Positions 27,084 through 40,946 of a DNA stretch of 64,000 nucleotides are shown piece by piece; the stretch's first letter is position 1, and each line of letters begins with the position of its first letter. The stretch covers positions 91,946,001 to 92,010,000 of the forward strand of contig OZ024741.1 of NCBI GenBank assembly GCA_964016885.1, read 5' to 3'. The stretch is from Eledone cirrhosa. Lineage: Eukaryota. The translations under genes and the position numbers were made by a program. The notes below the pieces were generated by a model. That model did not search any database. It was not told the DNA's origin and was given only the letters and a program-made list of their open reading frames with translations.

Positions 27084-28516
27084 GGGGGGATATGTGCGTA
27101 TGTGTGTGTTTTTATATGTATTGGGTTATTATTCGGTGTAATGTATGTATGTGTTTGGGTCTTACCAAATTTGTAACCAATATCTCTATGATCCTCTATA
27201 TATCTTGTGCACCAAAGAAGAGCTGCTAAACAAAAAAGATGAACTTGGTATAACATGTAAACATTTGATCTTCAAATCTTGCCCCAATTACAATGTTTCC
27301 AGTCTGGGTATAACTTGCTGCCTTCGTCCCACTAATCTCAGAAACCATTGAAAGAGTTAATGGGTTCTGTTCATCTTCCTCTGACAAAATCATGTAAAAG
27401 AACACTTGCGTAGTTGATACCATCCCTCGTTTATCTTTAATATTTCGTACACAGGCTGCTTATTTGGATGATTGTCCAAAACCCATTCATCAACACTACA
27501 ACCATTTAATTTAGAGACGTTCTGTTTTATTCCTCTTCCTACTTCATAGCTCCTACAGTAGTCGTTAACCTCTCTAAACTAACAGGATGTGTAACACTTC
27601 CCCCTTGCTCCAAATCGATGCATCTGTCCTTATCCAACAAGAAATCATGCACTAACCGCCGTTCTTCGATTCCCTCCATGCCTATATTTTTCTTGAACAT
27701 CATTCTTCTCTCACTGTTTTCTAATTTAGACACAAGGCCAGAAAATTTGAGGGAGAGAGAAATGTTGATAAAAATTATTACAATGTTTGGCGGTTAATTT
27801 ATTTTATCGACCTCGGAAGAGTGAAAGACAAATTTGGCTTCGGCAGAATTCGAACTCAGAATGTAAGGAGCCAGGACGAATACAGCAAAGCATTTGTCCG
27901 ACGCTCTAACGATTCTGCCAACCCACCATTTCTAACTAATTAGCAATAAAACAGAAAATGTTCTCCAAACAAAAAGATTATAGTTAGCTTCCTGCGGATT
28001 TTTGGAATGTCGACTGGAGATTAACTCCAAAAATAGTTTATTGCAAGATTTATCATAATATTTTATTTTCATTTTTTTAATTAAAAAATTGATGCTGGTA
28101 GTACTTCAATTAATCCAGTAGCTCATTAACTAGGATTAGTGAGATTGTTTCCTTTCTTGGGCCCATTTCATTAAATTTAAATTTAGTTTACTAACCACAA
28201 TTTAATGTATAATGCGACAACTTGGCATAGAAAGTTTTATAAAATGCTTGCTAGTACTCGTTCCGGCTCTCTGCACTCCGAATTCAAGTACCACCAAATT
28301 TGTCTTTGCCTTCCCTTTTTTCGAAATCGATAAATAAAGTAGCAGTTCAGTGCCGGGCTAGATCCCCCCCCCCCCCTCTATCTCCTCTTTGCTCTGTTTT
28401 CCTGGAAGAAATCGGCTACGTTCAAGGATGGAAATGTCCATGGCACGCCATATAACCCAACGACCCCCCTACTTATAGGATGATGAATAGATTGATGGAC
28501 GGACTTTAATAAATTA

Positions 28517-30256
28517 TAGCGTGTAACATATTTTATGTTCCCCAATTCTATATGTCATTTCCTGGTTTGTTATATCCCATTATTATAAAAAAAAACACTA
28601 TTATTTAATCAGAAGTTTGGGTTTGTGGTCAGGAGTTTGATATTTTCAAATTTTCATATTTTTCAAGAAAAAACACATTTATTTTAAATTTATCAGTTCA
28701 TATAATTAAATCAACAGAGTATATATTTATTTTATTACACAAGCTTATCAAAAGCAAACAAGTAAAAACAAATAACACTTATAAAGCAACTTATACACGT
28801 CAGAAATGACTGGATTTCCTGGATTTGCGGTTGTAGTCCAGGTCGCATTCCCGCACTAGCCCCCAGATATAGTACCCCATCATTTTTTCATTGTAGTGGC
28901 CCTGGTACCTCCGCTCTATCTCTTTCACATCTTGGTGGAATCGTTCGCCTTGTTCTTCTGAGTAGGCGCCCATATTGTCCTTGAATTTTTCTAGGTGAGC
29001 GTCCAGCATATGGAGTTTAAGCGACATCCTGCATCCCATGGCGCCAAAAGCCTTTATCAGATCCTGCACCAGTTGCTGGTAGTTTTCAGCTCTGTAGTTG
29101 CACAGGAAGTCCTTAACAACTGCCTTGAAACAGTTCCATGCTGTTCTCTCAATCCTATTGAGCTTATTGGAGAACTCGGTAGACTCAAACACCTTCTTTA
29201 TCTGAGGTCCAACAAAAATTCCACATTTGATTTTGGCCTCAGATAACTTGGGGAAGAACTCAAGAAGGTACTTAAAAGCGGCTGATTCTTGGTTGAGAGC
29301 CTTCACAAACTGCTTCATCAACCCCAACTTAATGTGCATGGCGGCATGAGCACAATCCTGGGATCAACCAGTGGCTCCTACATGACGTTCCGGGTCCCAA
29401 CTACAAATTCTGTTCGCTGCCCCCAGTTCTTTCTTTTGTAGTGGTCAGGGGTGGCTCTGCTGTCCCAAAGGCAGAGGAAGCATTGGCATTTGATAAAGCC
29501 TCCTTGGAGTCCAAGCAAGAAAGCCACCATCTTGAAGTCTCCAATGATTTCCCAATTGTACTGGTTGTATTGCAGAGCTTCCAAGAGGACTTTCACACTG
29601 TAGTAGTCTTCCTTCAGGCAGGCAGAATGAGCTAGGGGCAGTGTCGAGAACTTGTTTACATTGTGGAAGAGGACAGCCGTCAAACTTATGGTGGAGCTTT
29701 CTATAAATAGCCGCCACTCCTTGGGCACAAACGGCACCCCAATAACGTCAAACAGTCCAGGCACGTCATGGAGAAGCAGAGGCCATCCCTAAGAGTGTAA
29801 AAGCCTGAGAAAGGTTCGTGTCGATTTCTCTGGCTTGTCACCTGCACTTCCTCCTTGACCAAGTTCCACTGCTTCATCCTGGAGATGAATGCTTAAAACA
29901 CAACTTACACTTTATTCAGGGTGCGAAAATCCAGTATCAATAAATCTCTTTAATCCACTTTTTAACAATTTTATACTTTATTGCACCTTTATAATTTTCT
30001 TTAGGTATTACTCTTTATTTTATAATTTTAATTTAACCTGAAACATATATTAAAAAATCATTTAATATAAGCAACTTAAACTTACATACAATGTAAAATC
30101 CAGCATACAAATAATTCTAGTGAATAGCTTAGAATGTTTACAAACCCAAACATTTAACTGTTTAACAGCACTTTTTTATTTGTTTGGGACCTAAGCAACA
30201 CAAAAAAAGTGATTACAAGCCAGGAACAGAGAAAAAACTTTTTTTGTTACACGGTG
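28517..30256 (-). mobile_element. Chapaev3-like (CMC) DNA transposon, internally deleted
   Basis: Transposase pieces 28800-29885 (GDFKMVAFLLGLQGG..CFLCLWDSRA; HIKLGLMKQFVKAL; MSLKLH; SEEQGERFHQD). Terminus CACCGTGTAACA at 30256 (minus strand), degenerate partner TAGCGTGTAACA at 28517, TTA on both flanks. Family assignment from recalled motifs. Confidence 0.75.
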
Positions 30257-30647
30257 TTATCCCATTTAGACTGTCATTAGAAATGAATGTAAAAACGATT
30301 TCAGTGGCTTTCTCTAGTGATATGACTTTTAACAGTATTAAGTATATGCATTAATTTTTATCAATTTATTTCGACTTAGAAACAAATATATATGGAATAG
30401 AACCAAATGTTCTAATTAGATCCAAATACCTGTCAAAACTTGACATACATCAGCAAATGATTCGGTCAGATTTCTAAAAATAACCTACTTTATTTATTTA
30501 TGAATGGAATCCAACATTTTTAGGTGGGGGGGGGGGGGGGGGGGGAGATAACAGACACTTATAAATCACTTATTTTAGGATATAAAGAAGTTTTAACTAA
30601 AAATGATCGGTGAAACTTTCAGAACGCTGAATTATAGATCTTATGCT

Positions 30648-30829
30648 ATAATTGTTTCTACTTTAGGCACAAGGCCAGCAATTAACCCAGTGCATTACTG
30701 GTACTTTATTTTATCGACCCCGTAAGGATGAAAGGCAAAGTTAACCTCGGCGGGATTTGAACTCAGATCATAAAGGGACGTAACTATGCTGGAAAGCATG
30801 GCGTCCGACCCTCTACCGATACTGCCAAT
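30648..30829 (-). mobile_element. Same SINE family
   Basis: Near-identical reverse complement. Confidence 0.9.
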
Positions 30830-31689
30830 ATTCTAAACATATATTCTGAATGGGCAAAAGACCAGCTGGATCAATGATAGCGTTTTACTACGTTTTACTA
30901 AGGCAAGTATTTGTATAATACTTATTTATGTCCAGCTGTCAACCGTATTAATGCCCAGATACTCACAATATTATTTAAAATCTTATAAGTAGTTCTTCAC
31001 TACCTTTTTTGGCAGTTTAGAAAGCAGAAATAGGTTATTCCTGATGAGTCTTAGTTAAAAGTTACATTCTCTCCCAAATCCAGGGATTCGTTGGCCCGGC
31101 ACTTATCTCGGTTCCCTTGGTGTTAGGCGACTCAGAGCACAAAACACCAGTGCGTCACCGAGTTAGCCTCAGCTGCAACTGGCGCTCATTCTTTTCAACT
31201 TAGTGAACAGGAACAACGTGAAGTGAAGTTTCTTGTTCAAAGGAACAACGCACTGCCCGGCTCATGAATTGAACCCATGATCTCATGGTAGTCAGCTGAA
31301 CACCTTAACTACTTATGAAAAATGAAATTAGATAGTTCAATCCTCATATCAAGCTGCTGGAAGACCTGTGGTATGACCACGGAGATAAATTTAGCAAGTT
31401 GTCTAAATATAATTTAATAGATATATAGATATGATTCCGAATACATATGCCAATAAAAATTGAGTTTATTCATATATTAGTGAAATATGAGTTTAATTTT
31501 GGAAGTATTGTTTCAGAATTATAATGTATTTTTTACATTAAAATCTTTCTGCCATGTTGGCGTTTGTGGATAGGTCAGGAGTTGAAACAATAATGTTTAG
31601 TCTGTTGGTTTCGTTGAAATATGGCTCTAAATCAGCCCTGATTCAGCAGTTCCGAGCTAATATTTTCCTGAACTGTTTGTTGTATTTAT

Positions 31690-31920
31690 CTTGAGCTAGA
31701 GAAAGCGGTTGTGAAGGTGGGGTCAGGATGGAAAGACTGGACAAAAGAAAGAAAGGAGTCGAGCTGTTCACAGGAGAGGGAGGTGGCGCCGATACAGTCG
31801 TCGATGTAACGACCGTATAGCTCAGGGGTCGGACGAATGTACAGGGTTAAGATCGTGGCTTCAACATAGCCAACGAACAATTCAGCTTAGTTAGGGCACA
31901 TTCTTGACCCATGGTTACCC
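31690..31920 (-). pseudogene. Neptune/Poseidon-type PLE RT fragment
   Basis: LFVGYVE...PELYGRYIDDCIG...FLSFVQSFHP. Confidence 0.75.
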
Positions 31921-32919
31921 AAGAGACCTTCTCTGGGAAAGGAAAAAAACCGTAATATACATATATATATATTCATGGAGTTACGTTTATGTGTATTTAG
32001 TATCGCAAGGGAATTCGGTCCTCGTGGGCATTTTCGGTATATAGTAGTTATAATAAATTATAGTAGTAAGTCATATTTCTTAAATTCTACACCAAAATCA
32101 ATATTTATGTGCTGTGTACTTTATTTAGAACAAACTATTCTTGCAACTTTTGCCGTTCTCGTGATAAACTCGGTTGGTACAATTTCAAGAAAAACAACAT
32201 ATGTGTGAAATGTGACACAAGGTCACAAATTTGTATGGCAGGAATGTAATGAACACTTTTTCGACCTCTGTAAAATGCAAAGTTGAACCCTAGAGATATC
32301 GAACTGAATACCGAATACTATTTAGACCAATACTTTAAAGGTTATGCCTCTACCTATAATTCTGGTGCTATCAATATTTATATTTTCGACATTTCTTTAG
32401 CATTCTGTCAGAGTAAAGTGAGAATCAGTAGACTATGTAAATTCTACATCTAAGATGAGTCCTTAGTATATTTATCAGTGTGTTTAGTATGTCACAGATA
32501 ATCTAATTAATCCCAGGTACTATTTTAGTATCACGTTACTCATTAAATTTATATAATAGTTGAATGCTCATCGTCGAAACCGACGCTCAATTCACCTGGT
32601 TGTAGGTAATCTTTTTTTGAGGCTTGCTAAATTAACCAGTAATTTTGTTTAAATGTCCTCCCTCCAGGGGCACTTAATTCCTAATAGAGTCGGAAATGCC
32701 TCATCTTGATATGGCGTGTCTCGGGTATTTAAACCTGGTAGAGCTTATACTTCTTCACGTCTGAACACAGCCAACATCTTTAGAGAAAATGAGAGTGAAT
32801 CACAGAGAAAGTAAGGAAGAGATAATGAAGAAAAGTTGACACCTGTAGCGGACTGGTACTTATTTATCGAAACGCTGAAAGGAATATTTGAACTCAGATT
32901 TGAACGGGATTTTAACTCA

Positions 32920-34005
32920 GGGAGTGGAATTCCCTACTCTACATCAACTTCATAGACTACGAGAAAGCCTTCAACAGTGTGGACAGAGAGACACTGTGGA
33001 AGCTGATGCTGCACTACGAAATGCCTGGGAAGATTATCTCCATCATCCTTTGCACTTACCAAGACAAGAGCTGTAAGATCTCCCACGCCAGCCAAGTGTC
33101 AGAGAGTTTCGAGGTGAAGACAAGAATTCGTCAGGGCTACTTGCTGTCACTGTTCCTCTTCTTTCTGGTCATTGACTGGATAATGAAAACCACTAAAACA
33201 GACAGTGGACACTTTGGACACAACTGGATGGCCGATTTTACTGATGACCTAGCACTCTAGTCACACAGTTGCGACCAGAATTAGGACAAGACCTCACGTT
33301 TGGAGACCACGGCAGCCGGGACAGGGCTCAAGAAAAGCAAGAAAAAAACCGAGCTGAAGAAGATCAACACTACTGCGAACACACCAGTCACAGTTGATGG
33401 AGAGCCCATCAGAGAGGTGGAGTCATTTGTCTACCTAGGAAGTGTGGTTGATCGATGTGGAGAAACCGACAATCTGAGGATTGTCAAGGCAAGAGCAGCT
33501 TTCATCATGCTAAAAACGTCTGGGCATCAAAAGAGATCTACCAAAGAACTAAAGTTCGCATCTTCAGCTCCAACGTGAAAACAGTACTGCTGTACAGATG
33601 TGAAACTTGGAGGACAACAAAGAAGGTGCAGTAGAAGATCCAGACATTCTTCAACACTTGTCTGAGGTGCATCTACAACATCAAATGGCGAGAGATCAGA
33701 AAGGAAGATATGTGGGAGTGAGCTAGACAGGAACCAGTGGCAAAGCAGATTCTGTGGAGAAAGTGGAGCTGGAAACTAAGAAACTAGCATCCCACCAACC
33801 TTTACCTGGAAACCACAGAGTAAGAGTAAGAGCGGTCGGCCCCGTGGCAGCTGGGGGAGTGATACTGAGGCTGGATTAAGAAAACTGGAAGCAAACTGGA
33901 GTGGAGTGGCGAGAGCAACCCAGGATCGTGTACGATGACGGAGGGTTGTAAATGGCTTATGCGACCACAGAGAACGATGGGGCTGAATGAATGATGATGA
34001 ATGAA
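32920..34005 (+). mobile_element. RTE-clade LINE 3' part (decayed RT)
   Basis: FIDYEKAFNSVDRETLW, RQG.LLS, DFTDDLAL, FVYLGS; ends in a (TGAA/TGA)n tail. Confidence 0.88.
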
Positions 34006-34184
34006 TGTTATCCCATGTACTAACAACTAGGCCTCTTCGGGACCTTGTTTACATTTGTCAATAAACCTTATTTTATTTATAGTTTACTTATTTGCACTTA
34101 ATGACTTTATAATTTTTGGTATTATCATATAGCCTGTATATGTGTTTGTGTGTATGTGTGTGTGTGTATGTGCGTATATATATA

Positions 34185-34241
<57 letters not shown>

Positions 34242-35166
34242 TTATAACGCACTGCAAATGTGGTTTCTTTGTCACATATTGTGTCACGCTGATTCTGCGT
34301 AAGCATCACGTTGAGGATACACTTGTTTGTAGAATTCCCAACCATTTACACGCTAATCCACAAATAGGATGTTCTGTTGAACGACTGAATGCTCGTCGTC
34401 GAATCCGACAGAGAATCCATCATATTAAGTTATTACCATTTGTAGGCAAAAACTGTGTGGATGTTGGTCCAGCCTTGTCACTCACTGTGTCATACTGATT
34501 CTGTCTGAGAATTGTGTCAAAGCTACACGCGACTGTGGAATACTCAACCATTTACATTTTAGTTCATGAGTCGGTTGTTCGGTTGATGGCACGCCTGAAA
34601 GCTGAATGCCGAAATCAAAAAAGGATTATTCATAATTTACTGATGATTTTTAACCACTTTCTACTAACATCATTTTTTTAACAAAAAGAACCATGAGAAC
34701 ATCTATTCAAAATGTGTGTTAATATATTTGTCAGAATAAATATTGGTTTGCGTTAGTTTTTATTTTATATATACGATTTGACTGCTCCATCTTTGTCTCA
34801 TAAAAAAGAAATATTTTATAAGATAAAAGCAAGAGCCAAAGTGTTTCTAAAAGTACAGTAAAGAAACGTGGTCACTATTTAAACCTGAAGTATAGCGGTG
34901 AATTAAACGAAAGAGTTCAATTCATAAATTCATCACTGACCTGATGAGAAAAATAGAAGAATAACGAAGGTAAAGATCTATTTTTTACATTTTTACATAA
35001 ATTTCTTGCAATGAACATACTTATATTTGCCACGGTGTCAGCCAATCTGATATATTTAATGGGATGGTTATTGCTATATAGAAGCACCATAAAAATGTAT
35101 GAAATATTGATTTCTTACGAAGGCATAATGCCAATTTTCTATAGAGTTGAATGTATCGAGCTTAGA

Positions 35167-35296
<130 letters not shown>

Positions 35297-35524
35297 GCGC
35301 GAACACACATTGCTATATATATATATATGTGTGTGTGTGTGCGTGCGTGCGTGCGTGGTCATTAATTATAAGACCTCGGAGAATTGAAACTGCAAATTCA
35401 TCCATTTTAGGCAGAATTTCAACTCTGAAACAAGACAGGCTTAAATATATTCTTGCACCCATTAAAAGCCAACGTTAACCGAAGATAGGGATGGATACCA
35501 TTCATATTTCAAAGCAGTTGTCTC

Positions 35525-35562
<38 letters not shown>

Positions 35563-35659
35563 CGAAGGAAATGTGGTAAGGAACCAGATGGACCATAACG
35601 CACCAAAGTACTCAATACTTAGGGTAGTAGAGTGGGTAATAGGAACAAGTAGGACCCAT

Positions 35660-36198
35660 ATATATATGAATGTATGTATAGTATATTTGGCAATATAGCG
35701 TATGTTTATTTTAAAACATTTAGAAGACAATACGCTATCAGTTTTAAAGTAGTGACTATGTCAATTACTTCTTTTCGGCGAAAGAAGGGAGAGAGGCTGA
35801 CAGTCTGTTTCACATACAGTATATTGCCAAATATACTATACATATATTCATGTATACATCGCTATTTCAGAGCACCAATTCTAATACCTATTTTTTGCTG
35901 GACTGGCAATCGCTCTGTATAATCAGCTCCTGATTATTACTGGAATTCTATAAGAATCCAGCTTCTATAATTTTCGGCAGAAGCAGGGGTGTGCCTGGCT
36001 CTGATGAACGCCAATCAGCGTGAAACAGACTGTCAGCCTCTCTCCCTTCTTTCTCCGAAAAGAAGTAAGTGACATAGTCACTACTTTAAAACTGATAGCG
36101 TATGGTCTTCTAAATGTTTTTAATTAAACATACGGTATATTGATAAATATACTATACATACATTCATGTATACATCGCTATTTCAGAGCACCAATCCT
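35660..36198. mobile_element. Retrozyme-like unit, family A' (diverged subfamily with canonical HHR core)
   Basis: Inverted piece 35660-35812 plus tandem 35813-36198; shares CGCTATTTCAGAGCACCAATTCTAA etc. with family A. Confidence 0.82.
35997..36038 (+). ncRNA. Hammerhead ribozyme type I (canonical core)
   Basis: ggct CTGATGA acgc caatca gcgt GAAA cagactg TC| agcc. Confidence 0.85.
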
Positions 36199-36595
36199 TA
36201 TATATATATATTAGATTCTCGCATGTGCTTTCATAACCTGCAAGAGTCTGCCGACAGAAGAACAAAATTCCGTTGAGAAAGCGATGCCTTGTTCGGTCTC
36301 TATACCAAAAGCTTATTTTTATAAGCAGACAGTATTATTGATTTAGGCGTTGCAGAAACCAACTTTCGGAACATTCCATCTTCCAATGAAGGGTCCGGGT
36401 AAATATTTCAATCATATCTCATTTTGTTTGACCCGTTTTAGCTTGTTCGCTTTTTTGGCTAAGGTGGTTAATGGCTTCTTAACCATCGTCTCAGCGTGTA
36501 TGACCTTTTTAACTTATGTTTATAACTCTGGTATCTTCTTCAATTCCATCGAGCTAATTTCTACCCGCCGAAATGCGATTCTCGCTAAATTATAT

Positions 36596-36661
<66 letters not shown>

Positions 36662-36841
36662 CATATATATATATATTATAAATTGGTGCTCTGAAATAGC
36701 GATATATATATAAATATATATATATAGTGTATTTTGCAATACACTGTATGCTTAATTAAAAGCATTTTGAAGACCTTCCGCTATTGTTTTAAAGTAGTGA
36801 CTATGTCACTTACTTCTATTTTCAGCAAACAAGGGGAGATA

Positions 36842-36885
36842 AGCTGACAGAGCTCTGTTTCGTACTGTTGGTACTTATCAAAGCC
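36842..36885 (-). ncRNA. Hammerhead ribozyme, U3-A8 variant
   Basis: ggct TTGATAA gtac caaca gtac GAAA cagagctctg TC| agct. Confidence 0.8.
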
Positions 36886-37253
36886 TAGCACTCCTCATGT
36901 CTGTTGAAAATTATGAATGTTGGATTCTTATAGAATTCCAGTAATAATCAGGAACTGATTATACAGAGCGCTTGCCGGTCCAGCAAAAATGTTTGCTGAA
37001 AATAGAAGTAAGGGACATAGTCACTACTTTAAAACAATAGTGCAAGGTCTTCAAAATGCTTTTAATTAAGCATACAGTGTAATTCAAAATACACTATATA
37101 TACATTCATATATATATCGCTATTTCAGAGCACCAATTCTAATTTTCAATTTCTGCCTGACCGGCAACCACTCTGTATAATCAGTTCCTGATTATTACTG
37201 GAATTCTATAAGAATCCAACATTCATAATTTTCAGCAGGCAGGAGGAGTGCTA

Positions 37254-37297
37254 GGCTTTGGTAAGTACCAACAGTACGAAACAGAGCTCTGTCAGCT
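37254..37297 (+). ncRNA. Hammerhead ribozyme, U3-A8 variant with A6G mutation
   Basis: TTGGTAA core, otherwise identical to 36842-36885. Confidence 0.65.
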
Positions 37298-37422
37298 TAT
37301 CTCCCCTTGTTTGCTGAAAATAGAAGTAAGTGACATAGTCACTACTTTAAAACAATAGTGCAAAGTCTTCAAAATGCTTTTAATTAAGCATACAGTGTAT
37401 TGCAAAATACACTATATATACA

Positions 37423-37473
<51 letters not shown>

Positions 37474-37912
37474 CAATATATTGTTGGAAAAGAAAAGCAG
37501 CAATTAACGTGAGTCGAAAAGAAGACAAACAGTTGAAGAAAGTGTGAGGTTAAACAAGGGAAACAAAAGAAACAAAAGAAAGTACGAAGTGGACAAATAG
37601 GTTTATTTACAATAGTTTATAACTATGCCTATTAATCCGTATGGTGAGAAAATTGGGTCCCACGTGCTGGCCTCCCCACAGCCACGGCGGAGGATGATAA
37701 GGGAGATGCGCTGGAAGAGCCATTGCAACTCGCGAGGCTCACACCTGCGGTTAGATAACTCAGTGCCTATGGTGGTGAATAGGGAGGTAGCCCTAGGGCC
37801 AGCTGAAAGAAATGAAAAAGAAAGTTTCGTTTTAAGCTCTTTTTCAAAGTAGATTAAAAGAAGAAAAAGTATAAGAATGAAATGTGAAAAATCGGAGAAC
37901 TATATCAAGTTA

Positions 37913-38105
37913 ATAATTGTTTCTACTTTTGTCACCATGCCAGCAATTATTGTAGTGCATTACTGGTACTTTATTTTATTGATCCCGTAAGGATGGAAGG
38001 CAAAGTTAACCTCGGTGGGATTTGAACTCAGACCGTAAAGGGCTGTAACTCTATGCTGCAAAGCATGGCGTTCAACCCTCTACCGATACTGACAGTCTAC
38101 CGCCT
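37913..38105 (-). mobile_element. Same SINE family
   Basis: Near-identical; TSD TATCAAGTTAATAAT on both sides. Confidence 0.9.
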
Positions 38106-38124
38106 TATCAAGTTAATAATACAA

Positions 38125-38660
38125 GGCTGTCTCTGTTGGCTACGTTCTCCCAACCATTCTAAATCTTAAGCTCCCTGCTCCCATCCCTACGTCTTCGCTG
38201 CCTTTACAGCCAAAACACTAATGGCCGAGTATTTTTTGCGGTGTGGCTACACACAATGCTCTTCTTGGAGCCCGTAATGTTAACTGTTCCTCACATTTTA
38301 CACTCTGCACCAGCCCCACCCTTGATCATTTTAACATTCTTCTCACCTTCCATTCTAACATCTTACCTCTTCAACGGTTGGTCCTATTCCATATCCCATG
38401 AACGCCCTCACTGTTCCTTTCAACTGACCCCTAATTTGCGTAACCTCATAGTCTGTAGCTCTTCTACTGCTCAGATTCGCGTCGGATCCTGCTTTTGCTC
38501 CCGTTGCATCAATTACCTTTGCATCCATAACACTAACACCCTCCTTGGACGAAACCACTAACCGACTACTCCATATGTTCAACCAGAAATGTCATCTACA
38601 TCTATTACATTAAATGCCTTTTTTGTGAATGTGGACTAAATGACGGTTCAGACATTGACA
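38125..38660 (+). pseudogene. Decayed Neptune-type PLE linker/GIY-YIG fragment
   Basis: FQLTPNLRNLIV, CxxCSRC, then CSTRNVIY-like motif after a frameshift. Confidence 0.5.
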
Positions 38661-38728
38661 AAGAATGGGTAGGTATCACAGCAGGAGCAGGAATTGATCC
38701 AGGTGTAATTCTAGACGATGAAGTGGAA

Positions 38729-39108
38729 ATAATTGTTTCTACTTTTTTGGCACAAGGCCAGCAATTAACCAGTACATTACTAGTACATTATTTTATCGAC
38801 CCCGTAAGGATGAAATGCAAAGTTAACCTCGACGGGATTTGAACTCAGACCGTAAAGGGACGTAACTATGCTAGAAAGTATGGCGTCCAACCCTCTACCG
38901 ATACTGCCAATTCACCGCCCTTTGAAGAGGAAATAATTGTTTCTACTTTTGGCACAAGGCCAGCAATTAACCAGTACATTACTGGTACTTTATTTTATCG
39001 ACCCCGTATGGATGAAAGGCAAAGTTAACCTCGGCGGGATTTGAACTCAGATCATAAAGGGACGTAACTATGCTGGAAAGCATGTCCGAGCCTCTACCGA
39101 TACTGCCA
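38729..39108 (-). mobile_element. Two tandem copies of the same SINE
   Basis: Copies at 38729-38918 and 38933-39108. Confidence 0.88.
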
Positions 39109-39149
39109 GGAAATAATGTGGACGAGAATGTCACGGAGTTTACGTGCGC

Positions 39150-39430
39150 GCTTACTACTCGGATGAGTAGGTTGTGAAGGACATTTGAAAAGTGGCACGA
39201 TCAGAGTGGGGGATTTGGAAGCATTAAATAATACGGCACTGGTGGAGTACGGTTGAAGAGTCGTAGGTGCGGGGAAAGGGATGGCTGATGCTAAAAGGCC
39301 TTTGAAGGGTAAGATGGCTCAGATGCAGTCGACTTCACGAACACGGGTGAGGGCTACTTGGAACAAAGTATCGCGCCACACTGGATGAAACAAGAGGGCA
39401 TATGATGTGACTGGGTCACAAAATCAGAGT
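39150..39430 (-). pseudogene. Decayed Neptune-type PLE RT C-terminal fragment
   Basis: IPFPRTY...FQIPHSDRAT resembles the PLE IPFxxTY...F.IL.SDP motif. Confidence 0.35.
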
Positions 39431-39560
39431 CTCAGCTTCAAAGCCGACATAGACAAAGGATGCGTGTGTATGTGTGCGTGAGTGTGATTGTTTATATGTA
39501 TACATCACAGCTCACAAAAAGGAACGTGCAGGACAGAACAAAGAGACATAAAATAACAAA

Positions 39561-39610
39561 GATAGTCACTGATGAGGTCAGAGAATGTGTGACGAAGAAC
39601 TTTGACAATC
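39561..39610 (+). ncRNA. Hammerhead-like motif (siblings 26876-26919 minus, 23138-23185 plus)
   Basis: gtca CTGATGA g gtca..tgac GAA gaac TT| tgac; sibling tca CTGAAGA t gtcac..atgac GAAA gaac TT| tga. Confidence 0.55.
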
Positions 39611-40407
39611 AACAAATAAACAGAGCTCCGGTTTTAAACTAATCGATTGGTCGTTTATAATAAATTGAAGTAGAAACCAACTGGTCCGCGTGTTTTTAGT
39701 GGTAGCATGATTCCCCCAAAGTATAACTATATAGTCGTATATATATATAGTAAAAATTAGGACAAAGAGAAAACAACAGAAAACAAGACGAACGAAAAAA
39801 AAATGTTTTAAGTGGAAACCTTAAAAAAAATTTTATTTTGTAAATGAAAAACAATGGCAAAAAAAGACAAACTAATGTCACAGTGCCCCAATGTCTTCCG
39901 CCGTTGAGATAGACTTAGGCAATTCCGACCCTTGTCAACGGTAGAGCTGGTCCACCCAGGGTCACAGCGTTTGACAAACAAGCCAAAGCGCTGTCCCTGG
40001 AGTAAAAGACAAAACAAGACAAATACTTCCAGCAATTAAGCCATAACAGGTACACATGGTATTTCATGTGGCTAGAAGTATGTATTGTGTATTTAGCAAC
40101 GAAAGTCTTGTGTGACTGAATAAAGAAGGTAAAAACGAAAAAGAAAGGAAAAATGGCAGAAAGCAAAAGTTATGTAACTTCTGTCTGAATGTTTATTTCA
40201 TACATGGTAACTCCGTTAGGTTTGATCAGCACCTTTAAGGTGGATAGATACAACTAACGTGGAGTGCTCTTACCTGTTTAAACCCGTTTATCAACGAGAA
40301 GTCATTATTCAACTTTTACGGATAAAGAATACACCAACTAGCAACTACATATTTACATACATATATATATATATGTGTGTATGTATGTATGCATATATGT
40401 ACATATA

Positions 40408-40515
<108 letters not shown>

Positions 40516-40545
40516 AAAGAATAGAGGTGTAACACACAAGTTATT

Positions 40546-40887
40546 ATATATTGGTAAACGGAATAGAAAATGCTGACAAATTGTTCACAGTTGAAAAATG
40601 GTTTAATTAGGAATAAAAGAGTATTAGTGATTGTATGGGTTAGTATTCAGTTGTGGTTTTAAGTTTTTAAGTTTTTACCGGTTGCGCATTTCTAAATGCT
40701 TTTCAAAAATAATTTTGAGATAGAGTGTCCGTGCTGTTTGCTCTGATCAGAGCAAACAGCACGGACAAAACTTAAAAACTTAAAACCACAACTGAATACT
40801 AACCCATACAATCACTAATACTCTTTTGTTCCTAATTAAACCATTTTTCAACTGTGAACAATTTGTCAGCATTTTCTATTCCGTTTA

Positions 40888-40897
<10 letters not shown>
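40546..40897. repeat. Long foldback (about 130-bp arms, perfect 42-bp central palindrome); single-arm relative at 5360-5570
   Basis: 40546-40677 is the reverse complement of 40768-40897; 40726-40767 is self-complementary. Confidence 0.88.

Positions 40898-40946
<49 letters not shown>

Larger units (their letters stand above)
36680..37430. mobile_element. Retrozyme-like unit, family A (inverted 36680-36990 plus tandem 36990-37430)
   Basis: Highly similar to 24849-25600; TA-repeat flanks. Confidence 0.85.

Noticed and set aside
27226-27733. Two short minus-strand ORFs as host exons
   Set aside because: No recognisable domain or splice pattern; interrupted by stops; likely decayed TE
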